NCBI RefSeq assembly: GCF_030028105.1
Contig: NC_092384.1
Coordinates: 17,491,629-17,555,628, forward strand
Direction: 5' to 3'
From: Mobula birostris
Taxonomy: Eukaryota
DNA length: 64,000 bases
A program made the position numbers and the translations under genes. Shown here one piece after another: positions 63,393 to 64,000 of this stretch (position 1 is the stretch's first letter; each line of letters opens with the position of its first letter). Below the pieces are notes generated by a model. It made no database searches and had not been told where the DNA came from. It was given only the letters and a program-made list of their open reading frames with translations.

Positions 63393-63695
63393 CGAACACA
63401 GTGAGCTTGGAGCCACTTCCATTCCAGAAAGATTGTTCCCGATACTTTGCTCCACAGTAGTAAATTCCGGAATCGGCGAATTTCACATCCAGAAGAACAA
63501 GCGTTCCTCTTGTCTTTTCGAGACTAAATCGTTTTCTGCTGTCACTTTCTAAAAATGCATTCTCGCCTTCCCTCCACCAAAGAAAGCTAACAGTATCTTT
63601 TGATATTTGAGTATTGCAGTGCAAGGTAACACTCGTCCCGCCCGGAACGTCCAAGTCCGTAGGGAATTGATATACTCTGAACGCAGGCACTTCGA
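63393..63695 (-). CDS. Receptor copy B, VJ-type V-set Ig exon
   Basis: 11 nt differences from 9082-9384; canonical Cys/Trp/Cys and WNGSGSKLTV intact. Confidence 0.93.
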
Positions 63696-63907
63696 CTACT
63701 GCCGGAAAAATAAACAAGAGCATTAATAACAGCTACACACAGGGAATAAATAAGAACCTAAAGACCTGCTGGATGTTACTGGATAATGAAGAGACAAAGA
63801 CGACCGAATTGCTCAACCGCTGAAACTAGGTATGCAGCGCGAACCCAGGTTTAAGTTTTCTAAAATAGAATACTCAGTTGAGAAACGGAACATTTAACTT
63901 AGCATAC

Positions 63908-63962
63908 ATAGACAGGTAATAGCCAGGAGCGCCATGTACGAAACCGTAAGTTTCTCTGACAT
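63908..63962 (-). CDS. Receptor copy B, leader exon MSEKLTVSYMALLAITCL
   Basis: Homologue of 9599-9653 with the same T|GTATGC donor. Confidence 0.75.
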
Positions 63963-64000
63963 ATTACAGAAACCGAACCCAGCAATTTTGGGATACAAGT

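Larger units (their letters stand above)
56487..64000. repeat. Segmental duplication unit B, paralogous to 1819-9690; runs off the window end
   Basis: Colinear with unit A. Confidence 0.95.

Overview
This is eukaryotic (vertebrate) genomic DNA. The repeat families and the Ig-superfamily genes point to a cartilaginous fish, probably a ray (inference). About two thirds of the window is retroelement-derived: CR1-type LINEs, one L1-type LINE, Gmr1-order Gypsy LTR elements, solo LTRs, Penelope-like and SINE fragments, and a 37-bp minisatellite. The host genes are two minus-strand paralogues about 54 kb apart (copy A, exons 9653 down to ~2757; copy B, exons 63962 down to 54203). Each encodes a type I receptor built as leader / germline-joined VJ-type Ig domain / C1-set Ig domain / TM / cytoplasmic exons, i.e. 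an antigen-receptor-chain architecture with no sign of rearrangement. Their ectodomain exons are nearly identical (16 differences in 597 nt by hand count, 14 non-synonymous), while the TM and tail regions are strongly diverged. Copy A has a full TM with an Arg and probably a short tail. Copy B has a remodelled TM and a downstream exon with a TxYxxV (ITSM) motif. A third, orphan set of cytoplasmic exons with ITIM-like motifs lies at 12.5-13.5 kb. Together this looks like a paired activating/inhibitory VJ-C1 receptor cluster shaped by gene conversion. Exon models were deduced by hand from splice signals and reading phase, with no transcript support. Repeat family names come from motif recognition, not database searches.
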